Assembly: GCF_006345805.1 (NCBI RefSeq)
Contig: NC_043011.1
Location: 21,774,464-21,838,463 of the forward strand
Direction of reading: 5' to 3'
DNA length: 64,000 bases
Source of the DNA: Octopus sinensis
Lineage: Eukaryota
Both the position numbers and the translations under genes were made by a program. The notes under the pieces were generated by a model. That model was not told where the DNA came from. It did no database searches and saw only the letters and a list, made by a program, of their open reading frames with translations. Within the stretch, counting starts at the first letter, position 1. Every line of letters begins with the position of its first letter. Positions 1 to 12,583 of this stretch are shown here, piece after piece.

Positions 1-395
1 TGCTTCATGTGATGTCAAGACCAGATATCAAGACACATATATAAATACAAAAGGCTTCTCTCAGATTCTGTCTACCAAATCTACTCACAGGGCTTTGGTT
101 AGCCAAGGGCTATAAGTAGAAAACACTTTTTCAAGATGTCATGCAGCAGAACTGAACCCAAGACCACATAGTTGGAAAGCAAGTTTCTTAACAACACAGC
201 CACCCCTGTATCTATATACATGTATAAATATACTATCATCAGCATTTTACATATCTTACATGTTGGTTTGGTTTTTATGACTGGATATTCTTTCTTTCAC
301 ATTTTGTCATGACAGAAGCAATAGTAAGTTCATCTGTGACAGGACAAAACAGTCCTCCCTACACTGCGTGACTTGCATTTATTCAGTTACTAAAA

Positions 396-765
396 AAAAA
401 AAAGGTTGTAGTAAGAAGCTTGTTTTCCAACCACATGGTTCCAGGTTCAGTCCCACTGCATGACACTTTGGGTAAGTGTCTTCTACTATAGCCTTGAGCT
501 GGCCAAAGCCTTGTAAGTGGATTTGGTAGAAGGAAACTGAAAGAAGCCTGTCGTGTGTGTATGTCTTTATGTTGGTGTTTGTCCCCACCACCACTTGACA
601 GCTGGTGTTGGTGTGTTTACATCCCCATAACTTAGCAGTTCAGTAAGAGACCAATAGAATAAATACCAGGCTTTAAAAAATAAGTACTGGCAGTCAATTA
701 ATTTGACTAAAACTTCAAGTTGGTGTCTCAGCATGGATGTAGTCTAGTGACTGGAAGGAGTAAAA
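396..765 (+). mobile_element. SINE family 1 copy (diverged)
   Basis: Similar to 11498-11913. Another diverged copy lies at 5486-5836. Confidence 0.8.
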
Positions 766-796
766 AAGAAGTTTTTTTTTTAAAGTTTTAACTTAC

Positions 797-863
797 ATAT
801 TTGGAAAAATCCAGATCAGAGCCAACAGCAAACTTGAACATACTAAGGCGTTTTTTACGATCC
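797..863 (-). CDS. GTF2F1: TFIIF alpha, coding exon 3 (DRKKRLSMFKFAVGSDLDFSKY); gene continues beyond the window start
   Basis: Acceptor ttattttttcag and donor gtaagt. The phase-2 start matches exon 2. The peptide aligns by eye to RAP74 KKYNIMAFNAADKVNFATW. Confidence 0.85.
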
Positions 864-1876
864 CTGAAAAAATAAACAAACACAAGTTCTGTAAAATATT
901 TGTTTTCTAAAGATTAGCATTTAGAAAAAAACCTTGTTTCACTGTGCCATTAACATTGTTAATAGGAGAGCAGCATCTGGTTGAATTATTATTATCACGC
1001 TGTTAGTATGGCGACAAAGTGTTTAGCATACCTTATCCCATTACTAATGTTGCGTCCATGCTGAAAAACTTAACACTCAACAATAGAGTCCACAAGAATA
1101 AAGCAGGACCAACAGAGCTGAGTTCAAATCCTCCTATAGAAAGAAATGCTGCAATGGGATAACATTTCCTATACAAGGAAGGAAAAAAACTCTCCAGCAT
1201 GTTCATGACGTGAAACTGTAAAACGACACATCTCTTAGAGGTAGACAACACAAATGTGATGAAAAGCTCTAGTTAACAGAGGAATCAACTAAGAATCTGC
1301 TATGCACAACTCCAGATACATTATCAACAATAGCTGTTGATTGTATGTATTGATTAAACTATAAAAATGGCAAGAAATTAATGAATTCTTAGATTACGAT
1401 GTCAAGAAATGAAACAGATTAGATTAAACATCAGTAGTTCTGTTGATTATAATTACTAAATAGAACAATGAAGTGAAAAGTGGTTTGTTTCATGAAAAAG
1501 ATGCAGCCCTTTTTAATATCAGCCAGTCAATCATCAAAGATTATAGGTTGTAGGAGTAACCTTCAAATCACAGTTTATAGTTTTAGAAAAAGAAAGAACA
1601 TATTAATTAATATAGTTCTAGATAGACTATGTCTGAAAAAAAATTCAGATGCAATAGTTATCTTTAATCATAGAAGTGCCTGATAAATGGCAGGTCTAGG
1701 TTTAAACTAGTACTACATTAGTCTAATGCTTTAACAACTCAAACCTTTGATGTATTAAGCTACTACAAATAGCTTCTTACACGGGAACAATTGAACCCTG
1801 AGTTAATTGCTTTTTCAAGAAAAAAAAAACGAGAAAGTAAAAAAGATGCTGTTAGAAAAGAAAGTAAAATACTTAC

Positions 1877-1926
1877 TTTGGAAGTCTGACTGTATACTCT
1901 TGTGTAGTAGAGCTACCAGCAGTCAC
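1877..1926 (-). CDS. GTF2F1: TFIIF alpha, coding exon 2 (VTAGSSTTQEYTVRLPK)
   Basis: Acceptor tttgtcttttag and donor gtaagt. The peptide QEYTVRLPK resembles the RAP74 N-terminal motif (human TEYVVRVPK). The exon ends in phase 2. Confidence 0.85.
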
Positions 1927-2167
1927 CTAAAAGACAAAAAAACATAAAAATGTAATCATGAAAAAATTAGATTAATAAGAATATATATATATATTTTGTG
2001 AAATAGAAAGATGAATAATCTTGTTGCAGATTAATCAAAAGTTTAACCGATACCTTGGTAGCAAAAATCACAGCAGAAGACAGCACGGTTAGAGGTACAA
2101 CCATATGGTGTTGCAACCGTGCGTTGGTGCGGATAGTTGAATTTTAATATTATTACTAATTCACTAA

Positions 2168-2212
<45 letters not shown>

Positions 2213-2475
2213 ACAAAATAATAAATAAAACATATACACATACATATATGTACGTACCTACATCTATATGTATATATACATGCATATATGGGTACAGGAC
2301 ACCAAAAAGACGTCGAACACATTGAGAAACGAAAACATAAAACCAAAACCAAGGAAACACATTTTTTTAAACAACGAAAAAATAGAGTAAAAGACATACA
2401 ACACAAGAAACATTCCCCTTCTTCAGCTGCCTCTGATTCAATATATATATATATACATACATAATTATATATATA

Positions 2476-2859
2476 CTAGCAGTATCGCCCGGCGTTGCTC
2501 AGGTTTGTAAGGGAAATAACTATAAAGCATTTTTAGAGAGTTATAGCCAAAAAATAGCAGAAAAAATGGAAAAAAAATGATGGTAAATTTTTTTGAGAGT
2601 TAAAAAAGGTGGAGTTGCGTCCCCTAGACGGTCTGTGGTTTGGGTTTCTGATTCTCGACCCCATGTCGAATTTATCGATTTTTTTCAGAACCGGGGGAAC
2701 TTTTCAAAATTTTCGCTGCGTTAGTTTTGAATTATGACATTGGGCTATGTGTGTGTCAAGTTTCATCAGAATCAGTTGAAAGCCGTGGTCAGAGTGAGGG
2801 TACGAGAAAACAGACACACAGAAAACGCACAGACAAACTGCCGTTTATATATAGAGAGA
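2476..2859 (-). mobile_element. Non-autonomous Helitron-like element
   Basis: The minus strand starts A|TC and ends with a GC-rich hairpin-like segment plus CTAG|T. There is no TSD. Its 3' end is shared with 13272-13648. Confidence 0.7.
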
Positions 2860-2899
2860 TATACATACATAAATATATATATACATACATAAATATATA

Positions 2900-2942
<43 letters not shown>

Positions 2943-3011
2943 CATAAATATATATATATATACATAAATATATATATATATACATACATAAATAAATATA
3001 TATATATATAT

Positions 3012-4352
3012 AAGATGCACCAAGTGTAAGCTATGGACACATAAGAGGTGCAGCAATGTCAAAGGAAGGCTAACTAGGAAGATGGTTTTTGTATGTGGCA
3101 GATGCTCGGGAGCATTAACCTCTGAAAATCTGCAGAAAACAACTTCCGTCACTTTCCAGGGGAAAAAACTAGAAGTAGTTGATAGCTTCTGTTATCTTGG
3201 TAACCAAGTCAGTTGTGGGGGTGGGTGCGCTGAAAGTGTAACTGCTAGAATAAGAATAGCCTGGGCAAAGTTTAGAGAGCTCTTACCTCTGCTGGTGACT
3301 AAAGGCCTCTCGCTCAGAGTAAAAGGCAGACTGTATGATGCATGTGTACGAACAGCCATGCTACATGGCAGTGAAACATGGGCCGTGACTGCTGAGGACA
3401 TGCGTAAGCTCGCGAGAAATGAAGCCAGTATGCTCTGATGGATGTGTAATGTCAGTGTGCATGCTCGACAGAGCGTTAGTACCCTGAGAGAAATGTTGGA
3501 CCTAAGGAGCATCAGTTGTGGTGTGCAAGAGAGACGACTGCGCTGGTATAGTCATGTGGCGAGAATGGTTGAAGATAGGTGTGTGAAAAAGTGCCAATCC
3601 CTAGCAGTGGAGGGAACCCGTGGAAGAGGTAGACCCAGGAAAACTTGGGATGAGGTGGTGAAGCACGACCTTTGAACTTTAGGTCTCACTGAGGAAATGA
3701 CCAGTGACCTTTGGAAATATGCTGTGCATGAAAAGACCAGGCAGGACAAGTGAGTCCAGCCCACTTATGCATGCCTTTCCTCCCTTGGACACACAAAGAC
3801 CTGTTGGGGCAAGCGAAGTTGATATCGAACCTCATCCGACGACAGGCACCTATGCCAACCCCACTTTGCTTGCGAAGACCTATTGGGGCAAGTGAAATCG
3901 AAATCGGAATCGAAATTGAACCAATCCTATGACTGGCACCCGGCAGATGCCAGGACCCCTGGACTGGAGAAACGTAAAAAGGCACTATCCGAATCGTGGC
4001 CGATGCCAGCGCCGCCTCGACTGGCTTCCGTGTCCGTGGCACGTAAAAAGCACCATCCGAATTGTGGCCGAAGCCAGTGCCGCCTCGACTGGCTTCCGTG
4101 CAGGTGGCACGTAAAATGCACCAATCCGACCGTGGCCGATGCCAGCCTCGCCTGGCACCAGTGCAGGTGGCACGTAAAAACCACCCACTACACTCACAGA
4201 GTGGTTGGCGTTAGGAAGGGCATCCAGCTGTAGAAACATTGCCAGATAAGACCGGAGCCTGGTGCAGCCTTCTGGCTTCCCAGATCGCCGGTCGAACCGT
4301 CCAACCCATGTTAGCATGGAGAACGGACGTTAAACAATGATGATGATGATGA
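3012..4352 (+). mobile_element. RTE LINE 3' fragment (same family)
   Basis: Highly similar to 41483-42731. Has in-frame stops and a (GAT)n tail, and is inserted in a TA/TACA microsatellite within GTF2F1 intron 1. Confidence 0.93.
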
Positions 4353-5977
4353 TATACATACATAAATATATATATATACATAACTATATATACATACATA
4401 AATATATATATATATATATACATACATAAATATATATATATATATACATACATAAATATATATACATACATAAATAAATAAATATATATATACATACATA
4501 AATATATATATATACATACATACATAAATATATATATATACATAAATATATATATACACACACATATATATATACATACACACACACATATATATATATA
4601 AACTAAAATGATTTATATTTAGGGTTTTAAGTAAAGAATGGATTTTTTTCTAAATGTTGCTGTTGTTCTTAGAGTATACTAATGCCACTGATAAACATTT
4701 TATATCCCACAAACACACACACAAAAAAAAAAAGCATACCACATTTGATATGCTAAGCTTGTGGATTCTTTACTAAAAAATTCTGCAGCTGCATGAATAT
4801 TGGCTTCAAGTTTTGGCAGAAGGCCAGCAAGTGTGAGGGATGGGTTTGTCAATTACATTGACCCCAGTATTCAACTGGTACTTACTTTATCAACCCTGAA
4901 AGGATGAAAGGCAAAGTCGACCTCAGTGGTATTTCAACACAGAATGTTAAGACGGATAAAATGCTGAAAGCATTTTGCCCAGTATGCTATCGATTCTGCC
5001 AGCTCACCACGCTTTTTGACAAGGGCTACTAAGTAACAACTCCACTAACGATGATTTTTTCTTTTTTTATACAAAACCTAGATTTTTAGGAAATAAGAAA
5101 AGGAAATTTGTAAAGCTTATGTTTTTTTCCATGGATATTAGATAGTTTCAATTGGGAACTGAAAGCAGTATGCAATTCCAACTTCACCAGAATTATAAAA
5201 CCTTCATTTCTGAAGCAAACAACGATCTTTACTTTGCTTAACTTCAGTGACCAAATTGAGACACTGTACCCAAAAGTTTGAGGGCCAGCAAGGGAAAAAA
5301 ATAAAAGATTATGAGAAACCTAATGCAGGGGATGGGGTAAAATGAGTTTTAGATGCACATTCAGTTGTAATGGCATTGTATGAAAAAACTGAGAGTTAGT
5401 TATCCGCATAAGTGAGACATTAAAGAATTCTCCATAACTCGGAAAATACTAGTGTTCACGTCTTTTTCACTAATGTTTTTTTGCTTGTGCGGTAAGAAGC
5501 TTACTTCACAACCAACATGGTTCAGTCCCACTGCATGGTAACTTGGACAATTTCTTCTATAGCCTCAGGCCAATCAAAGTCTTGTGAGTGGATATGCTAG
5601 AAAGTAACTTGTCATATATACATGTGTTTTTGTGTCTGTATTTGTCCACCACCACCACAATAGGTGCTGGTGTATTTGCATCCTCGTTATCTAGCGGTTC
5701 GGCAAAAGAGATCAATAGAATAAATTCTAAGCTTAAAAAGATAAATATTGGGGTCGATTCATTCAACTAAAAAATTCTCCAAGGCAGTGTCCCAACACAG
5801 CTGCAATCTACTGACAGAAACAAGTAAAAGAAAAGATGCAATGGGGTGTGAAATGTTGGGACTTTATGAACTTTCAGAGATGGTAAACATTCTCTCCAGA
5901 GGGAACTTTATCATCAGCTTCATGCCAACAAAAACTCAAATAAGAACTGCAACAAGGACATTTATTGTGTAACTTAA

Positions 5978-6199
5978 CCCTTTAGCATTTAAACCGGCCA
6001 TATCCGGCCAAAAGTATTCTACCTGTTTTATGTTAAAACTGGCCAGATCTGGTCTCTCACACCAACCCTACAATGTCGTTTTAAAAATTAACAGCTACCT
6101 CATCAAAATCTCATAGCTACAAGATAATGCCTGATTAGTTCAAAACAATGTGGATGAAAAAAGCATTAATTATGGTAGAATAATGCAAACACTAAAGGG
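5978..6199. mobile_element. piggyBac-type MITE (TTAA TSD)
   Basis: TTAA-ccctttag ... ctaaaggg-TTAA. Related copies lie near 15356-15565, 23822-24436 (split by a SINE) and 34972-35160. Confidence 0.85.
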
Positions 6200-7673
6200 T
6201 TAAGCAGCAACCATCGAGAATAAGAAGGAACTAAGTCGTGGACTCAGATCGTTGAGAACTTTGCGGTGTTCTGCCAATCAGAACAAAAAAAAGGCTATGT
6301 ATAGTTGACTGATCCGATACCAGTGCATTACTAGAGAATTTAATTTTTCTGTTTGGGAAGTTATGAAAAACACTTTAAAAATGTATGGAGGTATGGAAAA
6401 CACTGAAACCGAAATTAAAACAAAAAACATAAATAACAGATTTCCTTTTCATAACCTTAAATATTTATTTTGGAAAGACTTCCTCCCTTCCCCCCCACCC
6501 ATTTTCTCGCTAATTACTGGGTTGTTTTGTTGTTTTTTTAATTTTTGGCCCAAATCCCACGTTTTTGGATACGGGAGATTTAGGAAAATTGCAAAAAATA
6601 GGAATTTTGAATTTTTGCCCCACCACCCTCAAATTTCTCCATTTTTCACTTTTTTCTGTAACCCTAACCCTAAGTAGAAAAATTTTTGGAAATTTGTTTC
6701 AGAATCATAATCGTATTTTTCCGTATATTTTGACAAAAAAAAAGTGAAAAAAAAATTACAAAAATTTTTGGAAATTTTTTCAGAATCATAATCTCCGTGT
6801 CTTTCTGCATATTTTGAGGAAACGAAAAAATTCTGAAAAAAGTAAAAAATGAAAAATTTAGGGGCAGGAGTAACTTCAGAGTGCCGATGTTTTCTAATTT
6901 TTTTGCAGATTCGTATTCTCCGTAGCCGAAAACGGGTTTGTGTAGAAAAAAAAATTAAATAAAAAAAAAGTGGTGTTTTTGGGAGGGTACAAAAGGAAGT
7001 CTTGCCTTTATTTTTCATTATATATATACATTTATATATTAATAAAAGAAGTAGTATTCACAATGCACAATAAAAAATAGTTTCTTTCTTCTTTAATTCA
7101 AAATGGAAGTACGTTTGGTCCGCAAGTTAAAAGTTTTCACAGCGAGAGAATGGTAAGATCTTGTAAAACAAGTCCCGATTCATAATTCATGGATATTTAT
7201 GGCCGTGGGAGATTTTGAGTCTCATAACACATGATTGTTTACCGCTCCGTTATTATGTATCCATTTTCTTGAGTACCATCCCAGAAAACAAATAAGCAAA
7301 GATAATCTAAAGATTTGCGATTTGGAACGGAATCAGATAATAGTAACTCTTTCTAATTTTGGCACAAGGCCAGCAATATCGAACCAAGTACTGGGATGGT
7401 TCTTTTATTTTTATCGAACCGGAAACGATGAAGGGCAAAATCTGCCATAGCGGAATAAAAACAAACAAAAATGATAACATATTTTAAATTTCGTACATAG
7501 TGTAGCAATAACCTATAATTCCAATGTAATGTAAAAGAACAATAGCGTTAACAAAATTACAATGTAAATCAGATGTGAAAATTATATAAATATATGCACA
7601 TAATGCATTAAATAGGAGCTTTGCACAAATTAAAGAATAAGTGAAATATATAACAGATATCTTAATCTCTTAC

Positions 7674-7688
7674 CGGATTACTTGCCAT
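7674..7688 (-). CDS. GTF2F1: General transcription factor IIF subunit 1 (RAP74), coding exon 1 (MASNP)
   Basis: Minus strand reads aaaATG GCA AGT AAT CCG|gtaaga. The phase-0 donor joins in frame to the exon at 1877-1926. A CpG-containing promoter-like region lies just upstream. The exon is very short, so it is less certain than exons 2-3. Confidence 0.65.
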
Positions 7689-7771
7689 TTTCAAAACTTC
7701 AACAAACACACAGAAAAGATTAAAATTGAAGAAGTTGTTCAGCCAAACGAACATCAACAAAACGACCCGCG

Positions 7772-7780
7772 CGCCATCTT
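7772..7780. promoter_or_regulatory. YY1-like motif (CGCCATCTT) in the putative GTF2F1 promoter/5' UTR
   Basis: Matches the GCCATNTT consensus within a CGCGCG-containing stretch about 90 bp upstream of the GTF2F1 ATG. Confidence 0.4.
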
Positions 7781-8312
7781 TGTTGATAATGTAAATATAA
7801 TTGCTTTCGTATTTGATTTTCAGTAAATTTAGTTCCGTCTTACAAACTAATATTCAATGAATATTTCTAGTTAAAATATTTATTTCTTTACTTGGCAATT
7901 ATTTTTTTAACTATATTTTTGTAAATATGTTAAGATGCTATATGATTGGTGGTTTGATATTTAGATGGTGTCTCCGTGCTATTCATGTAAAATTTCAGCA
8001 GATGGCTAACTAAAATGTGTTTCTATTCATTGTTTTACCTATATTTCTTTTTCTTTTTGAAACAGCTAAGCCATTTTAGTTCTGTTTATGTTAAAGAGAA
8101 GTGAAAGAATAAAAAAGCAAAACTGTAACCCAGATCTACAATACACTAATAGGTGCAGGTATGGAGGGTTGCTTCCCAACCACATGGTTTCAGGTTCTGT
8201 CCCACTGCATAGCAGGTTGGGCAAGTGTTTTCTACTATAGCCTCGGGCCGATCAAAGCATTGTGAGTGGAGTTAGCAAACGGAAACTGGAAGAAGCCCGT
8301 CATATATATATA

Positions 8313-9227
8313 TGTTGGACCTAAGAAGCATCAGCTGTGGTGTGCAAGAGAGACGATTGCGCTGGTATGGTCATGTGGCGAGAATGGATGAAGATAGGTG
8401 TGTGAAAAAGTGCCAATCCCTAGCAGTTGAGGGAACCCGTGGAAGAGCTAGACCCAGGAAAACCTGGGACGAGGTGGTGAAGCACAACCTTCGAACTTTA
8501 GGCCTCACCAAGGCAATGACTAGCGACCGAGACCTTTGGAAATATGCTGTGCGTGAGAAGACCCAGCAGGACAAGTGAGTCCATCCCAGCCAGCCCACTT
8601 ATGCATGCCTTTCCTCCCTTGGACACACGAAGACCTGTTGAGGCAAGCGAAGTCGAAATCGAACCTCATCCGACAACAGGCACCCATGCCAACCTCCCTT
8701 CATTGGACACTAAACTCTGCTTGCGAAGACCTGTTGGGGCAAATGAAATTGGAATCGAAATTGAACCAATCCTATGACTGGCACCTGGCAGTTGCCAGGG
8801 CCGCTGGACTGACTCCTGTACAGGTGGCAAGTAAAGAAACACTGTTTCGACCCTGAGCTTGAGGAGATCCCTTGAGTCAAGTACACCAACATCAAAAATC
8901 AATGGAAACTGCAGTCGTGATCCCTGTGCCGGTGGCACATAAAAAGCACCATCCGAACGTGGCCGATGCCAGCGCCACCTTGTCTGGCTTCCATGCTGGT
9001 GGCACGTAAAAAGCACCAATCCGATTGTGGCTGTTGCCAGCCTCGCCTGGCATGTAAAAAGCACCCACTACACTCACAGAGTGGTTGGCATTAGGAAGGG
9101 CATCCAGCTGTAGAAACACTGCCAGATCAGAATGGAGCCTGGTGCAGCCCTCTGGCTTCCCAGATCCCCGGTCGAACCGTCCAACCCATGTTAGCATGGA
9201 GAACGGACGTTAAACGATGATGATGAT
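8313..9227 (+). mobile_element. RTE LINE 3' fragment
   Basis: LDLRSISCGVQERRLRWYGHVARM...RPRKTWDEVVK plus 3' UTR and (GAT)n tail. It follows a truncated SINE (8152-8312). Confidence 0.92.
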
Positions 9228-9406
9228 AAAACACCAAGTAAGTTAGGGGTTGTGGATCCAACCCTCTAAGGGATAATACTTATCCAATATACTGTTGGTA
9301 TACTACCCAAATTATTAATACACAAGTGTTTTTAATTGCAATGCAAAAACTCACTTATTGTATTAAATGGGTGAAGGTAAAGAAATATTTTACCATTGAT
9401 TTATAT

Positions 9407-9527
9407 TACAAATAAGAAAATGGAGAAACACATTAGTTGGTTTATCAGCTTTAGGATATTAGAATGTTGCCTTAATATCCTAAAGCTGATAAACCAACTA
9501 ATGTGTTTCTCCATTTTCTTATTTGTA
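9407..9527. repeat. Perfect 55-bp inverted repeat with an 11-nt loop
   Basis: 9407-9461 is the exact reverse complement of 9473-9527. Confidence 0.95.
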
Positions 9528-10019
9528 TATATATATAGTGTGTTGTGAATTTATGGAAAAGAATCCCATAAAACTCTCAACAAATTTATTAAAAATGGAG
9601 ATGTTAAAATGTAAGAGAATTTTAATTCATGCAGACGATCATTTCAAATGGTGATAAAAACTGATACTTCCTTTTTCCAAGCTGAGATTCGAAACCAAAT
9701 CTAAGGATTCTCACTTGTCTGATCCACCACTCGCCAAGCAGCTGCAAAAGAAATTTCTTTGTCCTGTCAAAAAGTGGTGGATAGATTTTCCTTTTTAGCA
9801 TAAATCTTGACCTCATCCACAAAGAAATTATAGGTTACATTAATATCTCTTGCAGTTGCAGACCCTAGCATGTTCTTTTTTGTAGCAGGAATGATAATGG
9901 GTTCAAAGCCAAAATGGGCAGCAGTACAAGGAGACTATCTCCAAGGAATATTCCCTTTGAAATATTTATAGCATTGGTGAGGATCATTCCACTCTCTGTT
10001 GTAAGTGTGAGGATTATAG

Positions 10020-10644
10020 TGTAGACTCAGGTGAAATTCCTCTCCCCCACTTATTATGTATACGTCGATTCAAACGTAGCAGGGAACAGCTAGCCTTTGG
10101 CTGCTATTTGGATCCCATTGTATTCACTACTCTGATTGGTTAGTATTGGGGCAATTTGTCTCTTACTCTGTTACACCAACTTGCCTGGGATCATGCAACA
10201 CAGTCTGTTTACAACCCTGTTTTTAGCCTACAGCTCCTTATAAAAACTCAGCTTTTCCTCATTCTGAGGTCTTTGGTTCCAGACCTTTTAAGGTATAGCC
10301 ACTGACCACAAAGACACAGCCAGTTCCAGCAACAACACCAGACACCTCTACTACAGCAGCCACGTTGAGACTCACCAACTTTGTCCAACAGCATTATGGC
10401 AACTGCCTCCTTCTTTGCCACCACCATGCTCTGGCACTTGTTTCTACTTTTCAATTTCTCTTTATTGTATCGGCCATGTGATGTGGTACTAAAGTGCCAT
10501 TCTCATCACCTCATCATCTCGCACAGTCATTACAGAATTGTAGCCGAGGTCTTTGTGAGCCTCTCAATGGCTGCAGTTAAGGTAGCAGGCACTTTTGCCA
10601 AACGAAGACACTTCAGCAGCCATGACTGTTGTAAGATACCTACA
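10020..10644 (+). mobile_element. Solo-LTR-like repeat 1
   Basis: Begins TGTAG and ends CTACA, contains CCAAT-type (attgg) and TATAAAA motifs, is homologous to 10993-11495 and interrupts the LINE RT. Confidence 0.55.
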
Positions 10645-10992
10645 ATTTATTTTCTAACCTTAGACTCTACAGCTTTGTTTATCAGTTGTTCAGCACATTC
10701 CCACATGCCTTTCTTTTCACCTACCTGCTCATTAATCACTATGTTGTTGGATTTACAGTAATCTGAGAAGGATTGGTTGAGACAGCTTGTATACAGTTTG
10801 TACATAATATTTAGGCAAGTAATGGGCCTATAGTTTTCAAACAACTCAGTGGTTTCATTCTTGGCCACGAGATTCGACAGTGCTATAGCAAACCAATTTG
10901 GTCCGGCTGACCTTCCATAGTACTGTTGAATATACTTATTAGTGGTTTCTTGTAAAATGTTAGCCTCTTTTACCAATATACAACTATTAGGA

Positions 10993-11495
10993 TGTAGCGA
11001 ACTCTAGTGAACTTCCTTTCTCTATTATATCTACATACGAACGTAGCAGGTAACAGATAACCTTTGGGCGCTGTTTTGGACCCCATTGTGTCTACCACTC
11101 TGATTGGTTGGTATTGGTGCAATTTGTCACTTACTCTATCGTGCACCAATATGCAACCTAACCAATCGCAGCCTCCAAATAAATCACATTAGACACTCTG
11201 TTCAAAACTCCATTTGAGCCTACCATTAGCTATATAAACTCACCTCCTCCTACTCTTGGGGCCTGTTAATTTCAGACCGTCTAAGGTTTAACCACTGGCC
11301 ACATTTACAGCGACCTCCATCTTCATCGCCACCAACATGTCTCTCACCAACGTCGTCAACAACATCTCTACACAGCACCAACAACACTGCACTGGTTCTA
11401 ACATATCGCTGTTTGTGAGCTACCTCACCATAGTTAATAGCAAACATACAACCCACGCAGATGCATGTAGAGATATGAATAAATGTTCATCAACA
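10993..11495 (+). mobile_element. Solo-LTR-like repeat 2
   Basis: Begins TGTAG, has AATAAA near the end and ends CA, with a possible TAGG duplication. It is a diverged homologue of 10020-10644. Confidence 0.55.
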
Positions 11496-11497
11496 TA

Positions 11498-11913
11498 GGC
11501 ACAGGAGTGGCTGTGTGGTAAGTAGCTTGCTAACCAACCACATGGTTCCGGGTTCAGTCCCACTGCGTGGCATCTTGGGCAAGTGTCTCCTGCTATAGCC
11601 CTGGGCCGACCAATGCCTTGTGAGTGGATTTGGTAGACGGAAACTGAAAGAAGCCTGTCTTATATATGTATATATATATATATGTATGTGTGTGTATGTT
11701 TTTGTGTGTCTGTGTTTGTCTCCCTAGCATTGCTTGACAACCGATGCTGGTGTGTTTACGTCCCCGTCACCTAGCAGTTCGGCAAAAGAGACCGATAGAA
11801 TAAGTACTGGGCTTACAAAGAATAAGTCCCGGGGTCGATTTGCTCGACTAAAGGCGGTGCTCCAGCATGGCCGCAGTCAAATGACTGAAACAAGTAGAAG
11901 AGTAGAAGAGAAG
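11498..11913 (+). mobile_element. tRNA-derived SINE family 1 (CORE-like middle, internal TA/TG microsatellite)
   Basis: A-box tggctgtgtggt and B-box ggttcagtcc, then cttgggcaagt and the tail gactgaaacaagtaaaaga. Many copies occur in the window. Confidence 0.9.
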
Positions 11914-12403
11914 AGTAACCATTTCCATTTATTATTCAGCTTGTATAAATACATGTGGCTGGCATTAAAGACATTTAAGGTTACCACCTTGTTCCTTGCA
12001 TTTCTTTATACTATGTTCCTGTCAAATGATATTACATCCTTCTGAGTAGAGTCACATTAGATGGAACACAACCATCCTTCTATAGGTCCCTTACAGGTGC
12101 CTTCCCATTATGCAGTTTGCCTGCAGTTATGGTGAAAATTTCAGAGTCAATTGCATGTATTTTACTGTTCATGCCGGTACAGTATTCTCTCTTTACTGCA
12201 TTTAGCCATGATGCATTGAGGTTGAGATTCCTCTTTCAATTCCAGATTTTCCACCGAAATGATTCAAGATCTCGCAAGGAGGCTTTTTTAACGATATTTT
12301 TTTCCTTGTGTGTGTGTTGTGCGTATGTATTTGTGTTTGTCCCCCACTACTGCTTGATAATTTTTATCTATGTACCTGTAGCTTACTATCAATACATGTA
12401 GGG

Positions 12404-12583
12404 CAGTGGTTTTCAATCAGGGTTCCGCAAGAAGTTACCAAAACTGCTACAATCGGCAGTAATTTTTAAGTCTCCTGTGCAGATACGTGTGCATAAGACT
12501 ATTAAATTATTGCACAGGGGTTCCTCGAGCCAGTGGAACGTTTCCTTGGGGTTCCGCTCCGGCAAAAGGGTTGAAAAGCACTG
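12404..12583. mobile_element. hAT (Charlie-like) MITE with an 8-bp TSD
   Basis: TIRs cagtggttttcaa / ttgaaaagcactg. The TSD atgtaggg lies at 12396-12403 and 12584-12591. Confidence 0.9.

Larger units (their letters stand above)
9620..12300 (-). mobile_element. Decayed R4/Dong (NeSL-like) non-LTR retrotransposon RT region, interrupted by nested insertions
   Basis: The minus strand carries NASWLNAVKREYC (~12200), NYRPITCLNIMYKLYTSCL..NEQ..KKG..CAEQL (10647-10860), GIF.GDSL..LALNPLS (~9930) and FVDEVKIYAK (~9810), in the correct RT order. Confidence 0.7.

Noticed and set aside
4739-4787. Possible extra GTF2F1 exon (..EFFSKESTSLAYQM|gtatgc) on the minus strand
   Set aside because: It has a stop codon in the required phase 0, lacks a pyrimidine tract because a SINE end abuts it, and exons 1 and 2 already join in frame.
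6659-6673. Telomeric repeat (TAACCC)
   Set aside because: There are only about 2.5 units, inside an AT-rich unclassified repeat-like segment (about 6400-7010), so it is not a telomere.
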